Shown here piece after piece: positions 28,356 to 39,800 of a stretch of 64,000 nucleotides of DNA. Each line of letters opens with the position of its first letter. Position 1 is the stretch's first letter. The stretch comes from Planctomycetota bacterium. Its GTDB lineage: Bacteria; Planctomycetota; UBA1135; UBA2386. The position numbers and the translations under genes were made by a program. The notes beneath the pieces were generated by a model. It was not told the DNA's origin. It did not search any database and worked only from the letters and a program-made list of their open reading frames with translations. Where the stretch lies: contig OZ245838.1 of the NCBI GenBank assembly GCA_965228735.1, positions 1,152,001 to 1,216,000 of the forward strand, given 5' to 3'.

Positions 28356-29540
28356 TCACGCTGCGGCCGCGACTGCTTCGGCAACGCGCTGCTCGAACTC
28401 GGCCAACATCGACGGCAGGGCGTGAAGCCGTCGCGCCTTCTGCAGAAACCAACGGGCCGCTCGCGCGTCTCCCGAACTCGCGTGAGCGAGCGCGAGATAG
28501 AGCGCGGTCAGGGCTCGCCCCATCACCGAGTCCGGCTGGCGCCAGGCGCCGCGCAGCATCGTGATCGCCGGTCGGAGGCGCCCGAGTTCGAGCAGGTAGA
28601 GACCCAGAGTCCGCGCGACAGCGACGTCTTTCGCTTGCTTGCCGAGCTGCTCGGCGATCGCAGCCGCTTCGCCGCCCGCTCGGTCGCCATCGCGACGGAC
28701 CAGGAAGAACAGCCGATTAACGCGCAGGGCAAGCTCGTAGTCGCGCCGGGCCGGCGCGCTCAGGTCAGCGTCCCCGAACGAGTTCTCGGCCGCGCTGAGT
28801 TCGGCGAGCGCGGCGTCGGGGCCGTCAATGGGCCAGGTGAAGATCGCTCGGTCCATCGACCGGGCGAACTCGGTCCCCGGCGCGAAGGCGACGCCCGCTA
28901 GCAGCTCGCGAGCCAAACCAGGGTCACCCTCCAAGAAGGCGCGCCAGGCTAGATGATGGCGCCGCGTGCTCTGGAACTCCTGGGCCGCCAACTCGACCTT
29001 CTGGCGATCGAACCGCGCCATTCGAGCAAGGGCCAAGACGTCGCTAGCCACTTCGATTCCCGCGAGCCGAATCTCGAACGGCAGCCATGCGATGACGGCG
29101 GCAACGGACCAGGACACGGTCGCGGTCAGAAGGAACGCCGGAATCGTCATGCTCCAGCTGCCGCGCGGCTCGATGTCGACATCCAACAGCAAGAACACCA
29201 GCGCAATGGCGCCCAGAGTCGAAGTGACGGGGCCGGCAAGGAGCATCAGCGCGGTTCGCGTGCGCCACCAACCCGGCGAATCGAAGCCGCCCATCATGAG
29301 ACCGTGGCTCCAGAACGGGCGTAGTTCGACGGTCGTCGCGCCGATCGCACGCGACCACACGAAGCGACCGGAGCCGACGTCGATCGCGTTGACCTTGCCG
29401 CCGAGCATCAACGTGACACCGGCGTGCGCGAGTTCGTGCAGCAGGATCTGAAGCCACACGGACGCGAAACCCGCGACGGCGGCCAAGAGGCCCGATGCAA
29501 CTCCCAACGCGTCGCCGAGGATCTCGAGCAGATCGCTCAC
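28356..29540 (-). CDS. M50 family (site-2) membrane metallopeptidase with helical, TPR-like C-terminus
   Basis: HELAH in a TM segment, LLAGP, WLPF...SD; 4 predicted TM helices. Confidence 0.8.
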   Translation of the reverse strand: MSDLLEILGDALGVASGLLAAVAGFASVWLQILLHELAHAGVTLMLGGKVNAIDVGSGRFVWSRAIGATTVELRPFWSHGLMMGGFDSPGWWRTRTALMLLAGPVTSTLGAIALVFLLLDVDIEPRGSWSMTIPAFLLTATVSWSVAAVIAWLPFEIRLAGIEVASDVLALARMARFDRQKVELAAQEFQSTRRHHLAWRAFLEGDPGLARELLAGVAFAPGTEFARSMDRAIFTWPIDGPDAALAELSAAENSFGDADLSAPARRDYELALRVNRLFFLVRRDGDRAGGEAAAIAEQLGKQAKDVAVARTLGLYLLELGRLRPAITMLRGAWRQPDSVMGRALTALYLALAHASSGDARAARWFLQKARRLHALPSMLAEFEQRVAEAVAAAA

Positions 29541-29549
29541 TGCGGCGCG

Positions 29550-30950
29550 CTACAGCCGCTTGATCCGAAGATTCCGGAACGCGACCTCGTTGCCGTGGTC
29601 CTGCAGCGCGAGGCGGCCCTTGCCCGACTTGCCGAACGGCCAGTTGCGGAACTTGCTCCTGCCGATCATCTCGTCCCACGCCTCACCCTTGCACGGCGTC
29701 TCGAGGAGCAGCTTGCCGTTGAGCCAGTGCTGCAGCGTGCCGTTGTCGATCACGATGCGGCCGTCGTTCCACGCACCCGCCGGCCGGACAGGCTTCTCGG
29801 CCGCGGACACGAGGTCGTAGAGCGCACCGACCGCGTGCTTGGGATTCAGGTTCGGGTAGCCCGCGTCATCGAGCACCTGATACTCGGGCCCGGTCTTGTA
29901 GGTCTGATCCTCGGTCTCGAGCACGTGCCAGATCACGCCGCTGTTGGCCTTGGGCGCGACGCGGAACGAGAACCGGAAGTCGAAGTCCGCGTACTCCTCG
30001 ACGGTCACGAGGTCGCCGCCGCCGCCTCGTTCTTCGTGCACGATCGCCGCGTCGCGCACGACCCAGCCCTTCTCCGGCAAGCCCTCGGCGCGGTAGGCCC
30101 GCCAGTGTTCGATCGTCTTGCCGTCGAAGAGCAGCTCGAACCCCGCCTTCTGCTCTTGCTGACTCAGCCGGTTCAGCGGCGTCGGCGACAGCGTCACGAC
30201 ACCGGTCGCGGCCCACTCGGTGCCGCGCGCGACGAGCCGCCGCAGCTGCGGGTCCGCCCAGCTCGCGCGCGACGGGATGTTGCCCTTCCACACGTGCCCG
30301 AGCGGCGTGTGGAAGACGCGCCCCTTGCCGTATTCGGACACGAGCACCATCGGTTCGTGCCGGCCCGTGCCGCCCGTCTTGGGGTGACTGTAGGCGCTCA
30401 TGAGGATGCGAAACTCGGCGCCCTCGCCGAGGACGAGCCGGTGATAGAGCTCGTCCGGGTGCATCGTCATGTCGGCCATCCCGAGCGTGATCGGGTGGTG
30501 GTGGTCGATCACGTTCACATCGAACGGGTGAAACCGGCCGTGCCCCGTGCCTTTCCGCCAGAGCAGTCCGACCATGCGCTCGTACTCCCGCCAGCCGTCG
30601 AACGCGTTGTTCGCGGCGTGCAGCACCGCGACGCCGCAGCCGTTCTCCACGGCCTGTAGAAAGCTCTTCTCCGCCGCCTCGGGCCAGCGGTTACGCCGGT
30701 TGTAGTCGAGCACGATCACGTCGACCTCACCGCTGCCGTGGCGTTCGGCCAGGCCGACCAGGTCCGTGTCGGGCTCATGGGTGATCTCGACCTGAAAGCG
30801 CCCGGTCTCAGAGAGCGCGCGGCCGATCTCGGGCGAGGTCCACTGCCAATCGTGGTTGTTGGCGCCGCTCACGACGAGCGCCTTGACGGGCGGCGGCGGG
30901 TCCTGCGGAACCGTGGCGAGGGCGAGAACGGCAGCGGCGACGACGAACAT
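29550..30950 (-). CDS. Secreted ThuA-like plus DUF1080 (3-keto-disaccharide hydrolase-like) fusion
   Basis: SGANNHDW, DELY, YGKGRVFHTPLGH (ThuA); LLFDGKT, NSGV, GPEYQVLDD, LQDHGNEVAFRNLRIK (DUF1080); start at ATG 30950 preferred. Confidence 0.88.
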   Translation of the reverse strand: MFVVAAAVLALATVPQDPPPPVKALVVSGANNHDWQWTSPEIGRALSETGRFQVEITHEPDTDLVGLAERHGSGEVDVIVLDYNRRNRWPEAAEKSFLQAVENGCGVAVLHAANNAFDGWREYERMVGLLWRKGTGHGRFHPFDVNVIDHHHPITLGMADMTMHPDELYHRLVLGEGAEFRILMSAYSHPKTGGTGRHEPMVLVSEYGKGRVFHTPLGHVWKGNIPSRASWADPQLRRLVARGTEWAATGVVTLSPTPLNRLSQQEQKAGFELLFDGKTIEHWRAYRAEGLPEKGWVVRDAAIVHEERGGGGDLVTVEEYADFDFRFSFRVAPKANSGVIWHVLETEDQTYKTGPEYQVLDDAGYPNLNPKHAVGALYDLVSAAEKPVRPAGAWNDGRIVIDNGTLQHWLNGKLLLETPCKGEAWDEMIGRSKFRNWPFGKSGKGRLALQDHGNEVAFRNLRIKRL

Positions 30951-30998
30951 CGCGACAACGGTATCGAACGCGGCACCGGCATCGGATAACAAACCCGT

Positions 30999-32459
30999 AT
31001 GCGGTGGGTGTGGTCTCGCGGAGCGTCGCTCTGGTGCGGCGCCGTTCTGTCCGGCATCGTGCTATCCGGTATCGGGACCGACGTTGCCGTCGCGCAAGCG
31101 ATCGAGCCGCCGGCACTCGACGCGAGTGCCGGTCGGACGTGGCAGCCGTCGTCCGGGATCCGCGACGGCATCGCTGCCGCGCAGAAACACGGCGCGATCA
31201 GCGGCGTCTGCGTGATCGACGACCGCGGGCAAATCGTCTACGAGAACCAGGCGGACCGGTTCTTCGCACCGGCGAGCAGCCTCAAGGTACTGACGGCCGC
31301 CGCGATCCTGCGCGGGCTCGGTCCGACCTTCCGATTCGCGACGCGCTTCGAGATCCAGGGTGGTGCGCTCGTCGTGCACGCGAGCGGCGATCCCAACTGG
31401 ATCACGGACTCGGTGCATCGGCCGGAAGTGCGCTTCGGCGAGGTCGTCGCCGAGCTGCAGCGGCGCGGGATCACGCGATTGCGCAGCGTGCACCTCGATC
31501 CCGGCCCGTTCACGGGCCCGGCGCGCCCGTCGACGTGGCCGCAGAACCAGCTCTACGCCTATTACTGCGCGCCGACGGGGCCGTTCGTGCTCGATCAGGC
31601 CGTGTTCTGGCTCGCGATCGATCCGCGCGGGCGGAGCGGCCGACCTGCGGTGCGTTGCGACGGCCCGCTCGTCGGCCCGCCGCTGCAGAACAGGGTGCAG
31701 CTCGTCGGCAAACGCGGCGTGTCGTCGTGCGGCGCGATCGACTACGGCGATCGGCTGCTCGTGCGCGGCAAGTTGTCTCGGGGCGCGGTCGTGACCCGGA
31801 TCCGCACGGCCGTGAAGGATCCGGCGACCTGGTACCGCCGCGCGCTGCTCGACCTGCTCGCGCGCGCCGGCATCACGGTCGGTGGGGCGGGGCCGTTCCC
31901 GCAGGACGGTCACGTGCACACGGTCACGACGACCCTGCCGCCCGCGATCTTGCGCATCCTCGAAGAGTCGTCGAACTTCGACGCCGAGCAGTGCCTGCGC
32001 GTGCTCGGCGCGCGAACGCGGCGCGATGGCACCCTCGCGGGCGGGCTCGATGCCATGCGAGAGCAGCTCACCGCGATGCAGGGTCAGCTGCCGAGCGGGT
32101 TCGTGCTCGCGGACGGTTCGGGACTGTCGAAGAACAACCGGGTGTCCGCGCGGCTGCTCGCGCGCGTGCTGCACGACGCGAAGCGGCGACCGTTCGGGGT
32201 CGCGCTGCGGCAGGCGCTGCCGATCGCGGGGCGCACCGGCACGCTCAGCAAGAGGTTCCGCGGCACCGGACTCGAGGGCCGCGTGCGCGCCAAGACGGGT
32301 TGGATCCGCGGCAGCTCGTCGCTGTCGGGCTACGTCGACGTGGACGGCCGGACGTTCTCGTTCGCCGTGCTCATGGGCTACGATCCGAAGAAGAGCGGCG
32401 TGAACAAGCACCTGAAAGTGGCCCAGGAACGCATCGTGGCGGGGATCGCCGGCCGATGA
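30999..32459 (+). CDS. dacB: D-alanyl-D-alanine carboxypeptidase/endopeptidase (PBP4, S13)
   Basis: PASSLK (SxxK), SGDP, SSNFDAE (SxN), DGSGLS..N, AKTG. Confidence 0.92.
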   Translation: MRWVWSRGASLWCGAVLSGIVLSGIGTDVAVAQAIEPPALDASAGRTWQPSSGIRDGIAAAQKHGAISGVCVIDDRGQIVYENQADRFFAPASSLKVLTAAAILRGLGPTFRFATRFEIQGGALVVHASGDPNWITDSVHRPEVRFGEVVAELQRRGITRLRSVHLDPGPFTGPARPSTWPQNQLYAYYCAPTGPFVLDQAVFWLAIDPRGRSGRPAVRCDGPLVGPPLQNRVQLVGKRGVSSCGAIDYGDRLLVRGKLSRGAVVTRIRTAVKDPATWYRRALLDLLARAGITVGGAGPFPQDGHVHTVTTTLPPAILRILEESSNFDAEQCLRVLGARTRRDGTLAGGLDAMREQLTAMQGQLPSGFVLADGSGLSKNNRVSARLLARVLHDAKRRPFGVALRQALPIAGRTGTLSKRFRGTGLEGRVRAKTGWIRGSSSLSGYVDVDGRTFSFAVLMGYDPKKSGVNKHLKVAQERIVAGIAGR

Positions 32460-33313
32460 CCGCGCAGCAGGAACGCGACGTCCGCGACGAGATCCTCGAC
32501 CGCGCGCGCACGCTCGCGCTCGGGCTCTCGCGTATGGCCGGCGTCATGCTGCTCGAGCGGCGCGCCGCCGCGCAGTCGACCGTCGAGTCCAAGGGCCGCC
32601 GGCGCGAACTCGTCACCACGGCGGACCGCGAGGCCGAGGCGATGATCGTCGGACCGCTGCTGCGCGAGTTCCCCGATCATGCGGTGCTCGCCGAGGAAGG
32701 CGCGATGACGGCGCAGGGCGAGGCGCACCAGGACTCCGAATGGACGTGGATCATCGATCCGATCGACGGCACGACCAACTTCGTCCACGGGCTGCCGTTC
32801 TTCGCCGTGTCGATCGCGCTGGCGCACCACGACGTGCCGGTGCTCGGTGTCGTGCACGCGCCGGCGCTCGGCGAGACGTTCGTGGCGAGCCTCGGTCGGG
32901 GCGCCGAACGCCATCGCGGGGATGCCATCGAACCGCTGACGGTCACGAGGACCAGCGAGGTCGCCGACGCGCTGCTCGCCACCGGGTTCTCCTACAACCG
33001 CAACGAACCGGGGCGCGACGACAACTCGGCCCGGCTCGCGCGCGTGCTGCCGCTCTGCCGCGACCTGCGCCGGCTCGGCTCGGCCGAGCTCGACCTCTGC
33101 CTCACGGCGGCGGGCGTCTACGACGGCTATTGGGAGCTCTACCTGCAGCCCTACGACGTCGCGGCGGGCGCGGTCATCGTGCAGGAGGCCGGCGGCCGCG
33201 TGACCGACCTCGACGGTGGTGACGACTGGCTCTACGGCGGCCAGGTGCTCGCGACGAACGGCTTGCTCCACGACGCGCTGCTGCCGCTCGTGGGACCGGC
33301 ACCGACCGGGTAG
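32456..33313 (+). CDS. suhB: Inositol monophosphatase family protein
   Basis: LVTTADREAE, AEE, WIIDPIDGTTNFVHG, RRLGSAELD, YDVAAG..IV.EAGG. Confidence 0.92.
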   Translation: MTAQQERDVRDEILDRARTLALGLSRMAGVMLLERRAAAQSTVESKGRRRELVTTADREAEAMIVGPLLREFPDHAVLAEEGAMTAQGEAHQDSEWTWIIDPIDGTTNFVHGLPFFAVSIALAHHDVPVLGVVHAPALGETFVASLGRGAERHRGDAIEPLTVTRTSEVADALLATGFSYNRNEPGRDDNSARLARVLPLCRDLRRLGSAELDLCLTAAGVYDGYWELYLQPYDVAAGAVIVQEAGGRVTDLDGGDDWLYGGQVLATNGLLHDALLPLVGPAPTG

Positions 33314-33324
33314 GGGCGGACCGC

Positions 33325-33684
33325 TCAGAGCGTCTCGCGCCGCGTGCGGCGCACCCCGTCCGGGTCGACCACGGCGAGTTCGAACGCCGCTCCCTCGCGA
33401 AAGCGCGACCGCGCGATCACCGGCCGAATGACCGCGACGGTGCGCTCCGGCGCCTCGCCGCCGAAGAACAGATGGCATTCGGAGTTGCCGAGTTCGGCGC
33501 CCTCGAACTCGCCGGCGCCCTCACCCGCTGCGACCAGCGCATCGTCGAGATCCTCCTCGAGCTGATCGAGCGCGTCCTGCTCGCTCTTGCTGCCAACACT
33601 GCTGCCGAGGCGAACGATCGCGACGACGCTCGGCTGCTCGTCGGGCTCCATGGGGAGGTCGGCGGGTTGGGATCGTTCGGTCAT
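33325..33684 (-). CDS. Small acidic hypothetical protein
   Basis: ORF fills the gap between convergent suhB and divergent uvrA; LEEDLDDAL...GEFEG...CHLFF; start at ATG 33684 preferred. Confidence 0.7.
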   Translation of the reverse strand: MTERSQPADLPMEPDEQPSVVAIVRLGSSVGSKSEQDALDQLEEDLDDALVAAGEGAGEFEGAELGNSECHLFFGGEAPERTVAVIRPVIARSRFREGAAFELAVVDPDGVRRTRRETL

Positions 33685-33869
33685 CGGCGCGCGCTTCGGC
33701 TGGCCAGGGCCTTTGCCCGGGTGGTCGCCGCCACTCGACCGAGCGACGGCAAGTCGGCAAACTAGCATGAGTTGGAAGCGCGGTCACGCCCGCGGCGGCG
33801 GCCCGATCGCGTTCCTATCCGTGTCGCTGGCCAAGCGGGCACCCCGCGCTATGCTGCGGGGTTCGGCCT

Positions 33870-36800
33870 GTGGTGACGAACTCGAAAACGACCCCTCCGA
33901 ATGGCGCCCGCAAGCCCGGGAAACGGGCTGCCCGAGCCGCCGCAAACGGTGGCGTCAACACGGATTCGGTAGTCGTTCGCGGCGCCCGCGAGCACAACCT
34001 GAAGGGGGTCGACGTCGCGTTCCCGCGCGACAGCCTGACGACCTTCACGGGCGTCTCGGGCTCCGGCAAGTCGAGCCTCGCCTACCACACGATCTACCAG
34101 GAGGGGCAGCGGCGCTTCCTCGAGAGCCTGAGTTCGTACGCGCGGCAGTTCCTCGGGCGCATGGAGAAGCCCAAGGTCGATCTCGTCGAGGGCCTGTCGC
34201 CGACGGTCTCGATCGACCAGAAGTCGACAAGCCACTCGCCGCGCTCGACCGTCGGCACGCTGACCGAGATCGGCGACTTCCTGCGCCTGCTCTACTCGCG
34301 CCTCGGCGATCCGAGCTGCCCCGAGTGCGGGGCGGCGATCGAGGCCTGGTCGCCCGAGCAGGTGACCAACGCGATCGTCGAACAGCACGACGGCCACAAG
34401 GTCATGGTGCTCGCTCCGGTCGTGCGCGAGCGCAAGGGCGAGTACCGCAAGGAGCTCGCGGAGTGGGCGGCCAAGGGGTTCGTGCGCGCGCGCATCGACG
34501 GCGAGGTCCGGCGCCTCGACGAGGACATCCAGCTCGAGCGCTACGTCTACCACACGATCGAACTCGTCATCGATCGCCTGACCGTCGAGGCCGACAAGCG
34601 ATCGCGACTCGCCGAGGCCGTCGAACAGGCCGTGCAGCTCGGCGAGGGGATGGTGGGGCTGACGTTCGCGGACGGCGGCGGCGAACCCGAGTTCCGGCTG
34701 TTCTCGACGCTGCGCAGTTGTCCCAACGGTCACGGCGCGCTGCCCGAGATGGAGCCGCGCCTGTTCTCGTTCAACAGTCCGATCGGCGCGTGTCCCGAGT
34801 GCGACGGACTCGGTCACACGTTCGGCTTCGCCCCCGAGCTCATCGTCAAGGACCCGGACAGGTCGATCCGCGAGGGCGCGCTCTACGCGTTCAACGACGA
34901 CGGCAAACTGGTCTACGGCACGCTGACGCTGAAGCACATGGAGAAGGTCGCGGCCGCGTTCGGCTTCGACCTCGACAAGCCGTGGAAGAAGCTCGGCAAA
35001 CGTGCCCAGAGAGTCGTGCTCTACGGCTCGGGCAGCAAGAAGTTCGAGTTCAAGTGGCGGCGCAGCTCGTCGATGATGTCGACGTCCGGTAGCGACCGCA
35101 TCGCGTTCCCGGGGATCATCCGGCACTTCGAACGGGTGTATCGCCCGTCGCGCGCGCGCAACCTCGACCGCTTCCGGGCCGCGACGCCGTGCGGCGAGTG
35201 CGAGGGCACCAGGCTCACGGCCGCGGCCAACGCCGTGACGTTCGACGGCCGGACGCTGCCCGACGTGCTGGCGCAGTCGATCGATGACGCTGCCGCCTGG
35301 ATCCAGGGCCTCGAACTCACGGGCTCGGCGGCCGTGATCGGCGAGCCGATCGTGAAGGAGATCGATCGGCGCCTCACGTTCTTACGCGACGTCGGCCTCG
35401 GGTATCTGACCCTCGCGCGCCGCGCGCCGACGCTGTCGGGCGGCGAGGCGCAGCGCATCCGGCTCGCGGCCCAGGTCGGCGCCGGCCTGCGCGGCATCCT
35501 CTACGTGCTCGACGAGCCGAGCATCGGCCTGCACGCCCGCGACCAGGAGCGGCTGCTCCGGACCCTCGAAGCGCTGCGCAACCGCGGCAACACGGTCGTC
35601 GTCGTGGAGCACGACGAGGAGACGATGCGACGCAGCGATTTCCTCGTCGACGTCGGTCCCGAGGCGGGCGTCGACGGCGGGGAGGTCGTGGTGGCCGGCG
35701 ATCCCGACGAGGTGGAGCGCAGCGCCCGATCGCTCACGGGGCGCTACCTGCGCGGCGAGCTCAGCGTGCCGATGCCGGAGCAGCGGCGCGCGGGCAACGC
35801 CGGCGTGCTCCAGATCCAACGCGCGCGCCACCACAACCTGCAGGGCGTCGACGCCGAGATCCCGCTCGGTCGGTTCAGCGCCATCACCGGCGTGTCGGGC
35901 TCGGGCAAATCAACGCTCGTGCACCACGTGCTCGTGCCGTGGCTCAAGCGCGAGCTCATGGGCGCGGACGCCGGGCCGTCGCACTGCAAGTCCATCGCGG
36001 GCGTCGATCAGCTCGACAAGATCGTCGAGATCGACCAGGCCCCGATCGGCCGCACCCCGCGCAGCAACCCGGCGACCTACACCGGGGTCTGGACGCACGT
36101 GCGCGACCTGTTCGCGATGCTGCCGGAGAGCAAGCTGCGGCAGTACGAGAAGGGGCGCTTCTCGTTCAACGTCACCGGCGGGCGCTGCGAGGCGTGCGGC
36201 GGGGCGGGCGTAACGACGCTCGAGATGAACTTCCTCGCGCCCGTCGAGGTCGTCTGCGAGGAGTGCGGGGGCGCGCGCTTCAACGCCGACACGCTCGCGA
36301 TCCGCTGGAAGGACAGATCCGTCCACGACATCCTCGCGATGTCGATCGACGAGGCCGTCGCGTTCTTCGGCGAACAACCGAAGATCGTTCGCGGACTGCG
36401 GGCACTGCAAGATGTCGGACTCGGCTACGTGCGCCTCGGGCAGCCGTCGACGACGTTGTCCGGCGGCGAAGCCCAACGCGTCAAGCTGGCCACGGAGCTG
36501 CAGCGACCGGCGACCGGCAGGACGTTCTACGTGCTCGACGAGCCGACGACGGGGCTGCACTTCCACGACGTCGCGAAGCTCCTCGACGCGCTGCAGCGGC
36601 TCGTCGATGCGGGCAACACCGTGCTCGTCATCGAGCACAACCTCGACGTCGTGCGGGCCGCGGACTGGCTCATCGAGCTCGGGCCCGAGGGCGGCACGGG
36701 CGGCGGGCGGGTCGTCGCGACCGGCACCCCGGAGGATCTGGCCGACGGCGACGAGTCGCACACCGGCACGGCCCTGCGTGCGATCGGGCTCGGCAGCAAG

Positions 36801-39800
36801 CGAAAGAAGCGCTGCGCCAAAGCCAGCCAGAACGGCAAGAACGGGAGCGGCAAGAGCGCCGTCGGGCGCGCGCGCAAGCTGACATCGATCGCGGTGCGCG
36901 GCGCCACGACGCACAACCTCGCGGGCGTCGACTGCGACGTCCCGCTCGGCGAGTTCACGGTCGTGACCGGCCCGTCGGGCTCGGGCAAGTCGAGCCTCGC
37001 GTTCGACACGATCTTCCAGGAGGGACAGCGGCGCTTCCTTGAGAGCATGTCGACGTATGCGCGCCGCTTCCTCGGACGCCTCGACCGCGCACCCGTGGAG
37101 ACGATCGAAGGGCTCGGCCCGGCGATCGCGATCGATCAGAAGCGCACGGCGCGCAGCCCGCGATCGACCGTCGCGACGACGACGGAGATCCACGACTACC
37201 TGCGCCTGCTCTACGCGCGCATCGGCCGCCACCACTGTCCGGAGCACGGCGGCGAGCTGATCGCGTGGTCGCCGACGAAGGCCGCGAAGAAGGTCGCCAC
37301 GGATCACGCCGGCCGGCGGGCGCATCTCATGGCGCCGATCGCGGTGCCCTCCGATCTCCGGGACGACGGGGCACGCGCCGGGCCGTGGCTGGAGGCGCTG
37401 TGGCTGGAGTGGCGTCAGCAGGGCTACGTCCGGGCGTTCCTCGACGGCGACGAGGTCCGCATCGACGCGACCCGTCCGAGTGCGGTGCCGGACGAGTTGC
37501 TGCTCGTGATCGACCGCGTCGCGATCGCCAGCGCCGACGACAAGGGCGGCCTCACGCGGCTCAGCGACTCGATCGAACAGGCTCAGGTCGCCGCCGCGGC
37601 GCACGGTGGGGCGCCCGCCGCGATCGTCCAGTTCGCCGACGACCGCGAACGCCTGTGGTTCCGCACCGCGGCGGCGTGTGCCGAGTGCGGCTTCGAGGCG
37701 CCCAAGGACCCGCATCCGCGCTGGTTCTCGTTCAACCATCACAGCGGTGCGTGCCCGACGTGTCTCGGCCTCGGCGAGGTCGTCCTCTGCTCCGAGGCCA
37801 TGCTCGTCAATCACCCGGACAAGCCGACGTTCGGGGGCGCGATCAAGCACCGCGGCGCGGCCTTCACGTTCCTCACGAACCCCGAGGGGTGGTATGCGGC
37901 CGTCGCGCTCGAAGTCGCGGAGAAGCACGGCTTCGATCTCGACACGCCGTGGCAGGACCTGCCGCGGGCCGCCCGCGACCTGCTGCTGCGCGGCACCGGC
38001 AAGGAGCGCCACGAGGTCGTGTTCACGAAGCGCGACGCCAGACGCAAGCGCGAGTGGCGCATGTCGGTCGCGTGGAAGGGGCTCGCCCGCCAGGTCGAGG
38101 AGTGGTTCCACGGCAAGGGCTCCGACGAGGGGCAGAGCGGCGGCGACGAGCGCTACCGCGACGTGATGCGCAGCCAGCCGTGCCCGGATTGCGCCGGCGA
38201 ACGCCTCATGCCGGGACCTCGACACGTCAAGGTTTCGGGCGTGCGGCTGCCCGAGCTCCTCGCGGCGACGGTCGACGCCGCCGCGGAGCGGATCGAACGC
38301 TTCCGGCTGAACAAGACCGAGGCCCGCATCGCGGCCGATGTGCTCAAGGAACTCGAGCACCGGTTGTCGTTCCTGCGCGAGACCGGGCTCGGCTATCTGA
38401 CGCTCGATCGTTCGGCCGCGACGTTGTCGGGCGGGGAGGCCCAGCGCATTCGACTCGCCACGCAGCTCGGCAACAAGCTCGTCGGGGTGCTCTACGTGCT
38501 CGACGAACCGACCGTCGGCCTGCATCCGCGCGACACCGAGCGGCTGCTCGCGACGTTGCTCGAGCTGCGGGATCTCGGCAACACGGTCGTCGCGGTCGAG
38601 CACGACGAGACGATGGTGCGCGCCGCGGATCACGTCCTCGACCTCGGGCCGGGCGCGGGTCACCGCGGCGGCCGCATCATCGCGCACGGCACGCCGGCCA
38701 AGGTCGCGCGCAGCAAGGGGCTCACGGGCCAGTGGCTGCGCGGCGAACTCGTGCTGCCGGCACCGACCGAACGCCGCACCCCGCGCGGTCACGCCAGCCT
38801 GCGCGACGTGCGCATCCACAACCTGAAGGGCGTCGACGTCGACGTACCGCTCGGTTGTTTCACCGCGATCACGGGGGTCTCGGGGTCGGGCAAGTCGACG
38901 CTGATCATGGACGCGCTCGTGCCCGCGTTGCGGGACCAGCAACCGATCGTCGAAGTCGACGGCGAGGAGCAACCGCGCTACCAGCTCGTCGTCGTCGACC
39001 AGAGTCCGATCGGCAGTTCGCCCGCGAGCAATCCCGCGACCTACACGGGTGTGTTCACCGCGATCCGCGAGCTGTTCAGCAAGACCAATCTCGCGCGCCA
39101 GAAGGGCTTCACCCCGGGGCGGTTCTCGTTCCACGTCGCCGCGGGCCGCTGTCAGCACTGCGAGGGCAAGGGCCAGATCCAGGTCGAGATGCACTTCCTC
39201 GCCGACGTCTGGGTCGAGTGCGAGATCTGCCGCGGCAAACGCTACAACGCCGAGACGCTGAGCGTCGACTACCGCGGCAAGAACATCGCCGACGTGCTCC
39301 GCATGGAGGTCGACGAGGCCCTCGCGTTCTTCGGCAACCATCCGAAGATCAAGCGCCCGCTGCAGCTGCTGCACGACGTCGGCCTGGGCTACCTGCAGCT
39401 GGGTCAGCCGGCCAACACGTTCTCGGGCGGCGAGGCGCAACGCATCAAGCTCGTCACCGAGCTCGCGACGAGGCCACGAGCGCACATGATCTACGTGCTC
39501 GACGAGCCGACGACCGGGCTGCATCTCGACGATGTGAAGAAGCTCACGGGCGTGCTCGAACGGCTGCTCGACCGCGGCGACTCCGTGCTCGTCATCGAGC
39601 ATCACCTCGATCTCATTCTCGCCGCCGACCAGGTGCTCGAGCTCGGGCCCGAGGCGGGGGCGGATGGCGGCGAGGTCGTGGCGCAGGGCACGCCCGAGGA
39701 GGTCGCCGGCGTGGCGTCGAGTCACACCGGGCGGTTCCTCGCCGAACGGCTCGGGTTCGGTTCTGCGAAGAACGAGGCGGCGCCGCGACGGCCGGCGAAG

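Noticed and set aside
31004..32455. Long N-terminal extensions of suhB (likewise pfkA 6121, thiE 43914, hddA 11314)
   Set aside because: Alternative-frame read-through of upstream genes; real starts overlap the upstream stop codons.
33760..33773. AACT-N6-AGTT inverted repeat upstream of uvrA as an SOS box
   Set aside because: Only 4-bp arms and no match to a LexA motif I can support.
35910..39725. 1271-aa antisense ORF opposite uvrA
   Set aside because: Shadow frame typical of high-GC coding DNA; no motifs.
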